Source: Polyangiaceae bacterium
GTDB taxonomy: Bacteria; Myxococcota_A; Polyangia; Polyangiales; Polyangiaceae
Length of the DNA: 21,852 bases
Assembly: GCA_044222475.1 (NCBI GenBank)
Contig: JBGANF010000133.1
Location: 1-21,852 of the forward strand
Direction of reading: 5' to 3'
Position numbers and translations under genes: made by a program. The notes beneath the pieces were generated by a model that was given only the letters and a program-made list of their open reading frames with translations, searched no databases and had not been told where the DNA came from. Of the stretch, positions 12,729-21,001 are shown in pieces (the first letter of the stretch is position 1; every line of letters starts with the position of its first letter).

Positions 12729-14342
12729 GTGGACGCGCCGGAAATCAAGCTGGAGCCGGGCAACCGGCTCGACCGGTACGAGCTGCTCTGCCCGATCGCG
12801 CAGGGCGGCATGGCGCAAGTCTGGCTCGCGCGACTCCACGGCAAGCACGGCTTCGAGAAGCTGGTCGCGATCAAGACCATCCTGCCGGCCTACGCGAACG
12901 ATCTTCGCTTCCAGCAGATGTTCCTCGACGAGGCGCGCATCGCCTCTGGGATCGAGCACGGCAACGTCGCGCAGATCCTCGATCTCGGCGACCAGGCCAA
13001 CGTCCTCTACCTCGTCATGGAGTGGATCGACGGTGACTCCCTCGCGAAGCTTTTTCGCGCGGCCGAGCGCGCGGCGACGCCCCTGCCGCCGGCGGTCGTC
13101 GCCCGCATCCTGATCGACACGTGCGCCGGGCTCCACGCAGCGCACGAGCTCCGCGACAAGGCCGGCAACCTCCTCAACGTCGTCCACCGCGACGTTTCGC
13201 CGCAGAACATCCTGGTGAGCGTCCGCGGACACGTGAAGCTCATCGACTTCGGCATCGCAAAGGCCCGCGACCGCGTCTCCGGCGACACGAACACGGGCCT
13301 GCTCAAGGGAAAGATCCTCTACATGGCGCCCGAGCAGGCGCTGGGACGACCCGTCGACCGACGGGCCGACATCTGGGCCGTCGGCGCGGTCGGTTACCAC
13401 CTGCTCGCCGGCGTCCCTCCGTTCGAAGGCGCGAACCAGCTCGCCACGCTTCACCTGCTCACGAGCAACGACCCACCACCCCCGCTGCCCGACACGGTGC
13501 CGCCCGCGCTCGCCCAGGTGATCCTCAGCACGTTCGAACGCGATCCGAACTTGCGCGTCGCAACCGCCGAGGAGCTCGGTCGCAACATCGAAGCTGCGAT
13601 GGCAGGCCGCGTCGCGACCGCGACCGAGGTGGCGAACTTCGTCCACACGTACCTCGCGGAGCGATCGGCGACGCGCAAGCGCACCGTGGACCTGGCGCTC
13701 GAGGCCGCGGCTCAACGGCAGAGAGTGAACTCGTTGATCGGTCCGGCGGAGCACGACTCCGCGAGCGGAAACCGACAGCTCAGCACCCGCGCGAGCACCC
13801 CGGAGTCTCCGGAGGGCGGCGCCACCGAGATCGCGCCGACGCCGTTGCCGGTGCAGGCGCCCGCCGTCGAGGTTCCGAGCAACGCGACCATCGCGTCGGC
13901 AGCGGTCGAACGCATCGCGCCTCGCCCTTCCCTCTCGCCGATGTCGCCGTCGCGGCGCATCTGGATCGTCGCCGGAGTGATCGGCGGCGCGGCCCTCATC
14001 CTCGCGATGGCCCTCGGCGTCGCCATCGCTCAAGCGACACGAAGCGAGACGGCGCACGTGCTCGCGACCCGATCGAACGTGGATTGGCCGCAGAAGAAGG
14101 CTGCGATCACCGACACCCCAGCCGCAACGACCGCGCCGCCCCCGACGGCGACCGTCGCCCCGGTGGCGACGGTGACGGCGACGGCTACGGCGACCGCAAC
14201 CGCGACGGCGACCGTCACCGCGAAGCCCACCGTCGCCGTGATGCCGACGACCAAACCGACGATGACGTCGGTCCCGACGACCAAGCCGACGGCGACCACC
14301 AAGCCGACCGGCGGAAAGAGGACCCCAGACGATGGTTTCTGA
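12729..14342 (+). CDS. Hanks-type Ser/Thr protein kinase with TM segment and Thr/Pro-rich extracytoplasmic tail
   Basis: AQGGMAQVW, VAIK, HRDVSPQN, DFG, YMAPE, DIWAVG; TM IWIVAGVIGGAALILAMALGVAIA. Confidence 0.95.
   Translation: MDAPEIKLEPGNRLDRYELLCPIAQGGMAQVWLARLHGKHGFEKLVAIKTILPAYANDLRFQQMFLDEARIASGIEHGNVAQILDLGDQANVLYLVMEWIDGDSLAKLFRAAERAATPLPPAVVARILIDTCAGLHAAHELRDKAGNLLNVVHRDVSPQNILVSVRGHVKLIDFGIAKARDRVSGDTNTGLLKGKILYMAPEQALGRPVDRRADIWAVGAVGYHLLAGVPPFEGANQLATLHLLTSNDPPPPLPDTVPPALAQVILSTFERDPNLRVATAEELGRNIEAAMAGRVATATEVANFVHTYLAERSATRKRTVDLALEAAAQRQRVNSLIGPAEHDSASGNRQLSTRASTPESPEGGATEIAPTPLPVQAPAVEVPSNATIASAAVERIAPRPSLSPMSPSRRIWIVAGVIGGAALILAMALGVAIAQATRSETAHVLATRSNVDWPQKKAAITDTPAATTAPPPTATVAPVATVTATATATATATATVTAKPTVAVMPTTKPTMTSVPTTKPTATTKPTGGKRTPDDGF
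14150..14310 (+). repeat. Low-complexity coding repeats (Ala-Thr dipeptides, PTTKPT-like units)
   Basis: ATATATATAT run and TAKPT/PTTKPT/PTTKPT/ATTKPT units in the kinase tail. Confidence 0.7.
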
Positions 14343-15369
14343 GTCACGGCGGAGTTGCCGCGTCCGCATCGCGCAGCTCACCCTCGCCGCCGCGCTGCTC
14401 GCCCCTTCGCTCGCATGGGCGGCCGAGCCGAGCGCGGCCGACAAGGAGACCGCTCGCGCCCTCATGGCCGAAGGTCGGCAGAAGCGCGATCAGAACGATC
14501 TCAAGGGAGCGCTGAAGGCGTTCCGCGGGGCCGACTCGCTGATGCACGTTCCCACGACGGCGCTCGAGGTCGCGAAGACCGAGGCGCAAGCCGGCGAGCT
14601 CGTCGAGGCGCGTGATCACGCGCTGACGATCGCGCGCTCGCACGCCCAGCCGGGAGAGCCGGCGCCGTTCGCCGAGGCGCGCACGGCGGCGGATGCCCTC
14701 GCGGCCGATCTCGAGGCGCGCATCCCGTCGATCAAGATCCACATCGCCGGCGCGAAGGAAGAAGACGTCGAGGTGCGGCTCGACGATGCCGTCATCCCTC
14801 CGGCCGCGTTCGGTCTCCCGCGCAAGCTCAACCCGGGCGCGCACGTGCTCGTCGCGAAGAACGGAAGCGACGTGCGCAAGGTCACCGTCGACGTGCACGA
14901 GCGCGAGACGCGCGAGACCACGATCGACTTCTCGGTCGCCGCGCCCGCGCCTCCCCCGCCCGACGTGGTCACGCCGCCTCCCGTCGAACCCGAGACGCCC
15001 TCGGGCCCAGGGAATCCCGCGCGAACGGCGCTCGTGCTGACCGGCTTCGGCGTCGGCCTCGTCGGCGTCGCGATCGGGAGCATCACCGGCGTGATGTCGC
15101 TCTCGAAGACGAGCACGCTCAAGGAGCAGTGCCCCGCCGACAAGTGTCCCGCCGCGCTGCAAGACGATCTCTCGGCGGCGAACACGCTCGCGACGGTGTC
15201 GACCATCGCGTTCGTCTTCGCGGGCGCTGGCGTCGTCACCGGGATCATCGCACTCGTCGCGATGAAGGCGCACACCGAGCCGCAAGCGACGACGCAAGCG
15301 CGTCTCCCTGGGCCGACGGTCAGCCCGTGGATCGGCCTCGGAGCCGCCGGCCTCAGCGGAACGTTCTAG
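14332..15369 (+). CDS. Exported TPR-like/PEGA-like protein with C-terminal hydrophobic segments
   Basis: Signal peptide ending LAWA, helical ETARALMAEGR...ALKAFRGAD domain, beta domain VEVRLDD...LNPGAHVL, C-terminus VSPWIGLGAAGLSGTF. Start uncertain; overlaps the kinase stop. Confidence 0.75.
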   Translation: MVSESRRSCRVRIAQLTLAAALLAPSLAWAAEPSAADKETARALMAEGRQKRDQNDLKGALKAFRGADSLMHVPTTALEVAKTEAQAGELVEARDHALTIARSHAQPGEPAPFAEARTAADALAADLEARIPSIKIHIAGAKEEDVEVRLDDAVIPPAAFGLPRKLNPGAHVLVAKNGSDVRKVTVDVHERETRETTIDFSVAAPAPPPPDVVTPPPVEPETPSGPGNPARTALVLTGFGVGLVGVAIGSITGVMSLSKTSTLKEQCPADKCPAALQDDLSAANTLATVSTIAFVFAGAGVVTGIIALVAMKAHTEPQATTQARLPGPTVSPWIGLGAAGLSGTF

Positions 15370-16151
15370 CGCGAAGCCGAGAACGCTCTCACGAACGCCT
15401 TCGCTCGCGCGAGATCGACGGGTGCTCCGGCCTTTCCGTCGACCTTGATCGCGGTGCCGACGATCACTCCGTCGGCCGCGGCGAGGATCTCGGCCAGGGT
15501 GTCGAGCGTAGCGCCGCTTGCGACGTACACGGGCTGGCTCACGACGCGCTTCACCGCGCGGACTCGCGACAAGTCGGTCGCTTTGCCAGTGCCTGCGCCG
15601 GTCACTAGGATCGCGTCGACCATGCCGCGGCTCGACAGATCGTGCGCCTCGTCCTCGATCGGTCGCTCGCCTAGCGGCGCGGAGTGCTTCACCTGGACGT
15701 CGGCCCAGATCGCGACCGACTCGGCGCCGAGCGAGCGGCGCAGCCGAAGCGTCTCCGCCGCGCGGCCGGTCACGACGCCCTGATCGGTGACGCGCGCGCC
15801 GGTGTGCACGTTGACGCGGATCCACGATGCACCCGTGACCGCGGCGATCGAGAGCGCAGCCGAGGCGTCGTTGCGGAGGACGTTCACGCCGACGCGTAGC
15901 GCGCGCTTCGTCTCGGTGATCGCGTGGATGCACGCGGTCATCGCGGCGACGGTCACCTTGGGGACGTCGTCGGGAAAAAAGGGCGCGTCACCGTAGTTCT
16001 CGACGATGACGTCTTCGAAGCCTGCGTCGACGAGGCGCGCGGCGTCGTCGCGCACGAACGCGATCACGTCGGCCATGGACCGAGCAGCGGGGCTTCCGGG
16101 GAGCGGCGGCAGGTGGATCACCCCGACGAGCCGCTTCGCGGACGCGTTCAT
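15366..16151 (-). CDS. btpA: BtpA/SgcQ family TIM-barrel protein
   Basis: GVIHLPPLPGSP, VENYGDAPF, GVNVLRND, ADVQVKHS, VTGAGTG, ADGVIVGT. ATGA overlap with gspN. Confidence 0.9.
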   Translation of the reverse strand: MNASAKRLVGVIHLPPLPGSPAARSMADVIAFVRDDAARLVDAGFEDVIVENYGDAPFFPDDVPKVTVAAMTACIHAITETKRALRVGVNVLRNDASAALSIAAVTGASWIRVNVHTGARVTDQGVVTGRAAETLRLRRSLGAESVAIWADVQVKHSAPLGERPIEDEAHDLSSRGMVDAILVTGAGTGKATDLSRVRAVKRVVSQPVYVASGATLDTLAEILAAADGVIVGTAIKVDGKAGAPVDLARAKAFVRAFSASR

Positions 16152-17191
16152 GGGAAGCCACCCGGGTTGCCGAACGCCGTCGTCGGCGAGGCGCCGCCGG
16201 CCGTCCCTTGAGGCTCGAAGCCGGGCTTCCCGAGCAGCCCCCGGACGTGGAACGCGTAGAAGCCGTCGCTGCGCTTCGCCTTCTTCATCTCGGGGACGAA
16301 GAGCTCGACGTCGCCGCCCTTCGGCGATCCGGGCGCACCGAAGAGGCTCTTCGTGATGTCGCTCTTGCCGCGGAAGCCGTCGTTGATCTTGAACTTGAGG
16401 TTGATGTCGAGGTTGCTCTCGGTCGCGAGCTCGCGCATCTGCACCTTGCCGTCGCCGTTCAGCTCGAGATCCTTGCCGCCCGCGCTGAACTTGGTGACCT
16501 TGAGGACGCCGTCCTTCGCCTCGGCGTTGAACGTCAGCGTGCCGACGCTGAGCTTCGGCATCTCGAGCGCGCCCTTGAGCTTGGCCTTGCCGTCACCGAT
16601 CGCGACGTCGGTCGCTTCGAGGGTGACGGTGCCGCTGCCCTTCGAGGCTTTGCCTTCGGGCATCGCCAGCGTGATGTTGCCCGAGATGTGACCTTCGACC
16701 GGGAGGCCGAGAGCCTGCGTCAGCGCATCGACCTGCTTGAGCTCGACGCCGTCGAGGTTGACCTCGACGTTTCGATCCTTGCCCCGCTCTTCGTACTCGC
16801 CGTCGACGACGCCGCCGAGCGTCTCGAGGCGGAACGTCACGTCGCGACGGCCGAGGAGGAGGCCGAGGATGCTGATGCGAATCTTCGCGTCGTCGATGCG
16901 GATCTCGGTCGGTGGTTTTCCCGGCTCCTGCGGCGCGCTGGTGAGGCGAATGCCCTTCGCGCGCACCCCGGTGAACCAGTACCAACCCATCTCGTCGATC
17001 GCGAGCTGCTGCTGCGCCCCTGCCGCGCGTTGCTGGGCGTTGAACGTCGTCACGATGCGCACGCGGAGCGCGTCGTACGGAAAGACGACCGTGAGGAAGA
17101 GCAGGAAGGTCACCAGGTAGAAGATGGGAAACCCGATCCTCGGGCCCCACTTTCGGAGGCGATCCTTCAGCGTCGGCGGTGCGGTGCTCAT
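16148..17191 (-). CDS. gspN: Type II secretion system protein N (deltaproteobacterial type)
   Basis: N-terminal TM followed by FPYDAL, then a beta-rich periplasmic region; follows gspM with ATGA overlap. Confidence 0.8.
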   Translation of the reverse strand: MSTAPPTLKDRLRKWGPRIGFPIFYLVTFLLFLTVVFPYDALRVRIVTTFNAQQRAAGAQQQLAIDEMGWYWFTGVRAKGIRLTSAPQEPGKPPTEIRIDDAKIRISILGLLLGRRDVTFRLETLGGVVDGEYEERGKDRNVEVNLDGVELKQVDALTQALGLPVEGHISGNITLAMPEGKASKGSGTVTLEATDVAIGDGKAKLKGALEMPKLSVGTLTFNAEAKDGVLKVTKFSAGGKDLELNGDGKVQMRELATESNLDINLKFKINDGFRGKSDITKSLFGAPGSPKGGDVELFVPEMKKAKRSDGFYAFHVRGLLGKPGFEPQGTAGGASPTTAFGNPGGFP

Positions 17192-17772
17192 GGGTGATCC
17201 TTCGACGTCGCGCTCGCGGAGGTCGCCGGGGCGGCCGTGGGTTGTTCGGCACGGTCCCAAGCGCTCACGCCGAGCTCGACGTCGTACGAGTCCTGCTCGC
17301 CCATGCGACGCCTCAGGTTGAGGCGGGTCACGGCGATCGGGCTGCCCGACTGCTCGATCGACTCGATGAACTTGGACAGCGCGAGGAGGCCGGCCTTCTT
17401 GAGGTGGATGGTGGTGCTGCGCTCGGTGTAGCGCTTCCCGATCGGGACCGGGGGCCGGTCGACCGAGTCGGTGATCTCGAGCTTCTGCTTCTTCGCGGTC
17501 GCCTCGAGGTATCCGGCGAGCTCCGGTGCGCGGTTGGCGTAGCGGCCGGCGATGGCGTCCTTCTTCGCTTGGCGCTCGTGGATCGTGGTCCGCGAGGCTT
17601 GCACGTTGTCGAGCGCGTCTCGGAGCGCGTCGTTGTCCGCCCGCTTGCTCGAGACCCACGACTCGAGCCCGATCGGAACACCGAGCACGAGCATCACTCC
17701 GAAGACGACGATGAGAGCCTGCACGAGCTTCCGCTCGCGGGGGTTCAGGTTGAAACGGTCGAGCATCGCCAT
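17188..17772 (-). CDS. gspM: Type II secretion system protein M
   Basis: LNPRERKLV then TM, coiled coil and a ferredoxin-like domain; lies between gspL and gspN. Confidence 0.8.
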   Translation of the reverse strand: MAMLDRFNLNPRERKLVQALIVVFGVMLVLGVPIGLESWVSSKRADNDALRDALDNVQASRTTIHERQAKKDAIAGRYANRAPELAGYLEATAKKQKLEITDSVDRPPVPIGKRYTERSTTIHLKKAGLLALSKFIESIEQSGSPIAVTRLNLRRRMGEQDSYDVELGVSAWDRAEQPTAAPATSASATSKDHP

Positions 17773-17773
17773 G

Positions 17774-19276
17774 TCACTTCCCTCCCGCGGAGGCCGAGGG
17801 AGTGCCCCCCGTGGTCTGGGGCTTCTTCTTCTCGCGCACGTCTTCCGGGCACTTGATGTCGAACTCGAGCACGTACTTCTGGCGCTCGCCGCCGACGACC
17901 TGGTTCGTCCGAGTGATCTTCACGTCGGAGAAGCAGCGCTCGTTCTTGGCGAGCGAGGACGAGATCGACTGTGCGTCGCTCACGCTCGAGACGATGCCGT
18001 GGACCACGACGTGCCCTTTCTGGACGTCGAGCTCCTCGATGTCGTGCGTCATCGACTGCGGGATGTGCTCCGACAGCCTGACCATCACGTCGAACGCATC
18101 CGCGTGGGGCATCGGATCTTCGTCCGCCGCGCCCTGCTGAGCGACCAGCTCGTTCGCTCGATCGGCGCTGGTGGTCGACTCGTTGAAGACTTCTTTGGTG
18201 ACGGAGCCAAGCGCACCTTCGAGCGACGTCCGCTCCTTGTTCGCCGCGACGATCGCGGTGATGGAGGAGAGGACGAAGCTCAACGCGATGACGGCGCCGA
18301 GCCCGACCAGCACCGGGATGCGCTCCTTGAGCCAACCGAAGCCGCGCTCGTACGCGAGCGGTCCCTTGCGGAGCTCGAACGCGGGCGAGCGACCGCTGAA
18401 GCCGACCGCGAGCGCGAGCGACTTCGCGTAGATCGCCAGCTCGGACGATCGCGGCGCCGCGCGCTCGCCGAGCTCGATCATCGGGAGCGGCAGCTGCTTC
18501 GTGGGGATCTCGAGCTCTCCTTGCAGGAACGACTCGGCACCGGAGACGAACGCGCCGCCGCCGCAGAGGAAGAGCTGGGACACGACGGTCCCGCCTTGGG
18601 CCTTGAAGGCCGCGAGCGAGAGACGCACCTCGCGGGCGAGCTTCGGAGCAGTGGCCGGGAGGCCCTCCGTCCCGAGGGACAACGTGCGTGTGAAGACCGG
18701 CTCGCCGTTCTGCACGATGAGGAGGTCGCTGCCCTTCGCGCCGAGATCGAGCACCGCGATCGGACCGGCATCGCCGAGACCGGCGACGTGCTGCGCGAGC
18801 TGCGACAGCGGGAACGCGCCGACGCCGACGCGCTCGGGCTCGACGCCGACCGAGTCCTTCACGAGAGCGATGCGCTCCTTGACGTCGTCGATGCGGGCGA
18901 TCACCGCGAGGACCTGCACGTTCTGGTCGCCATCCTTGCCGGGGAGGATGCGGTGGTCGATGACCGCCTCCGAGACCTCGAGCGGGGTGAGGGCTTCGAG
19001 CTCGAAGGGAAGGACTTCGTCGATCTGCTTCAGCGCGCTCGCGGGGATGTCGAGGCGATGCGACGAGACGCGCACGCCGGCGAGCGCGACCGCCACGCCG
19101 TCGGCTCCTTGAGCGCCGACCGCCTTGCCGTAGGCTTCCTTCAGCGCGGCGCCCACGGTGCCCTCGCCGATCGGAACGCTCTCGAGCGCCTCGACCGTGA
19201 GCTTGCGGTACGCCGTCTTGACGACGGCGACCTTCACTCGCTCCGTTCCGATGTCGATGCCTACGTACTTCGCCAT
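17774..19276 (-). CDS. gspL: GspL of PilM-PilN fusion type
   Basis: VGIDIG, VLDLGAKGSD and LCGGGA actin-like motifs, then TM and a PilN-like periplasmic domain. GAGGA RBS; follows gspK. Confidence 0.8.
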   Translation of the reverse strand: MAKYVGIDIGTERVKVAVVKTAYRKLTVEALESVPIGEGTVGAALKEAYGKAVGAQGADGVAVALAGVRVSSHRLDIPASALKQIDEVLPFELEALTPLEVSEAVIDHRILPGKDGDQNVQVLAVIARIDDVKERIALVKDSVGVEPERVGVGAFPLSQLAQHVAGLGDAGPIAVLDLGAKGSDLLIVQNGEPVFTRTLSLGTEGLPATAPKLAREVRLSLAAFKAQGGTVVSQLFLCGGGAFVSGAESFLQGELEIPTKQLPLPMIELGERAAPRSSELAIYAKSLALAVGFSGRSPAFELRKGPLAYERGFGWLKERIPVLVGLGAVIALSFVLSSITAIVAANKERTSLEGALGSVTKEVFNESTTSADRANELVAQQGAADEDPMPHADAFDVMVRLSEHIPQSMTHDIEELDVQKGHVVVHGIVSSVSDAQSISSSLAKNERCFSDVKITRTNQVVGGERQKYVLEFDIKCPEDVREKKKPQTTGGTPSASAGGK

Positions 19277-19297
19277 GAACAAATCCTCGCCAATCGA

Positions 19298-21001
19298 TCA
19301 GTCGATCCGGAAATAGACGATGTTGCCGCCGGTGGACGGTTGGAGCGCGCTCTGGATGGCGTCGCCGGAAGCTCCCGACGTGCCCGTTTGGGTGCCGGGC
19401 GGCGCGCCAGTGCCGGGCGGGGGTGCGCCCGGCCCCGAGCCCGGGAGCGGGCCCGAGCCAGGGAGCGGCGCGTTTCGGAAGTCGACGACCGCTTCGATCG
19501 CGAGCCGCGTCTCGCGCTTGTAGCCCTTCACCACACCGACGGCGTGGATCGAGAACACCTTGCTCTCGGTCGTGATGCTCTTCGCGAACTCGCTCTCGGA
19601 GAGGAACTTCACCGGCTTCATGCCGATCTTCGAGAGCATGGGCCCGAGCATCCCCTGGCCCTTCATCGTCGCGATGAACTCCTGCGGTGATCCGAACATC
19701 GGCGCACCCATGCTGATTCCCTTGGCCATCGTGACGCCCATCAGGAAGAGCTGCGCCTGGTTCATGTCGGTGCAGATCTCGGCCGCGGGCGCGCCGGCGC
19801 AGATGACGCCGAGGAGCGTCTGCGCGTTGGCGCTGTTCACGTTCACGGCGCCCTGGCCCCACACGGTGAGCACGCGCTTCTTCGGGTTGTTCGGCTCGGG
19901 GTCGACGAACGTCGCCCAGAAGTCGTCGCCCACGCCGCGCGCCATGTGGAGCTCGGCGAGAGAGTCGTAGGGCGCGTTCTTGCGCCGGTACTGCTTGGGG
20001 AGGAGTTGGTAGTACGCGTCCTCGACGCCGCCGCTCTGGGGAGCGTTGCTGTTCGAGAAGTCGCACGAGAACGCCTGCTCGTCGTTGTCCGACCAGTCGA
20101 TGATCGCGGAGCAGACGCTGAGCCGATCGTGGAAGGTGCCGCTCTTGTCGCGCTGCTCGAACAGCGGCGTGTACTGCGGGGGCGCCATCAAGCCCATGAG
20201 TTGCTTCGCGAGGCGGATGTGGGCGATGTCGTTCGAGGCGCCGAGGTTGACGTTGATCTTCGAGTCTTCGTCGACGACGACCACCTCGAAGCGACCGCCG
20301 GGCATGCCGAGGTTCTTCCCCGACGAGAAGTCGACGCCGATGCCCTTGGCGAAGCCCTCGGCCTCGCCGGCCTCGTTGAACGCGCCGAGGAGGCGGTCGG
20401 CGAACTCCCACACGGGGAGCTGCGGTGGCTGGCGCTTCATCATCATGAAGAGCGGCGCAATGCCCTGGCGCATCGTCGGCTCCATCGCGAGGAGCAGCCT
20501 CGACAGGTTCACCGCGCTGCGGGCCATGTACTCCGCTTGAACGCCGTCGCGATCGGCGGTGGAGCTCGCGACCGTCGCGCCGATGTCCATCTGGAACTCG
20601 GCGAGCATGACGGTGAGCACGGCGAGAGTGCCGAGGACCATGATGAGGGCGACGCCGCGTTTGTCGGTGCGGGCCTTTCGGGTCTTCGCTCGCGTCTTGG
20701 TTCGAGGTCGTGATTGGGCGCCCCGGACTGAAGTCCGGGGCAGCGACGGGCCCATTGCCACACTCGACCAAAGCCCGCCCTCCGGGCGGGCTCCCGGTTC
20801 TGTAATGAACGCCATCTGAGAGGCGCGCTCTGATCGCGGCGCTCGCTCACCGCTGGACGCCTGAGTGAGAGCCCGCCCTCCTGGGCGGGCTTTGGACGGG
20901 TCGGTATCGGATCCGTTGCTGCCCCGGACTTCAGTCCGGGGCGCCATGATCTCGCTCGTTCGCGCTCGGCGGAGCGACGTTCTCTCCTTCGGGGCGCTCA
21001 T
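19298..21001 (-). CDS. gspK: Minor pseudopilin GspK with an abnormally long (116 aa) repeat-containing leader
   Basis: KRG|VALIMVLGTLAVL (no Glu5, as typical for GspK), DEDSKINVN, AIIDWSD, KNAPYDSLAEL..ARGV, VNVNSA. ATG 21001 overlaps the gspJ stop (ATGA). Confidence 0.9.
   Translation of the reverse strand: MSAPKERTSLRRARTSEIMAPRTEVRGSNGSDTDPSKARPGGRALTQASSGERAPRSERASQMAFITEPGARPEGGLWSSVAMGPSLPRTSVRGAQSRPRTKTRAKTRKARTDKRGVALIMVLGTLAVLTVMLAEFQMDIGATVASSTADRDGVQAEYMARSAVNLSRLLLAMEPTMRQGIAPLFMMMKRQPPQLPVWEFADRLLGAFNEAGEAEGFAKGIGVDFSSGKNLGMPGGRFEVVVVDEDSKINVNLGASNDIAHIRLAKQLMGLMAPPQYTPLFEQRDKSGTFHDRLSVCSAIIDWSDNDEQAFSCDFSNSNAPQSGGVEDAYYQLLPKQYRRKNAPYDSLAELHMARGVGDDFWATFVDPEPNNPKKRVLTVWGQGAVNVNSANAQTLLGVICAGAPAAEICTDMNQAQLFLMGVTMAKGISMGAPMFGSPQEFIATMKGQGMLGPMLSKIGMKPVKFLSESEFAKSITTESKVFSIHAVGVVKGYKRETRLAIEAVVDFRNAPLPGSGPLPGSGPGAPPPGTGAPPGTQTGTSGASGDAIQSALQPSTGGNIVYFRID
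20716..20796 (+). repeat. Double-hairpin palindromic element, copy 1 (inside gspK)
   Basis: GCCCCGGACTGAAGTCCGGGGC (20720-20741), 30-nt linker, AGCCCGCCC-TCC-GGGCGGGCT (20772-20792). Confidence 0.92.
20869..20945 (-). repeat. Double-hairpin palindromic element, copy 2 (inverted partner of copy 1, inside gspK)
   Basis: AGCCCGCCC-TCCT-GGGCGGGCT (20870-20891), 29-nt linker, GCCCCGGACTTCAGTCCGGGGC (20921-20942). Confidence 0.92.

Noticed and set aside
17745..20771. 1008-aa minus-strand ORF and other long Arg-rich ORFs (2917-4815, 6748-9186, 7241-8923, 10660-12663, 17552-19690)
   Set aside because: Shadow frames of real genes in high-GC DNA with no recognisable motifs; only the last ~100 codons of 10660-12663 look real.
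20711..20950. TGAT on both flanks of the gspK doublet as a target-site duplication
   Set aside because: Only 4 nt, offset from the element ends, implies a 236-nt insert that is not a multiple of 3, and is not found at the same position beside copy 3.
20654..21001. Intein or intron explanation for the long GspK leader
   Set aside because: No intein terminal motifs or group I/II intron features; too short, and explained by the repeat doublet.
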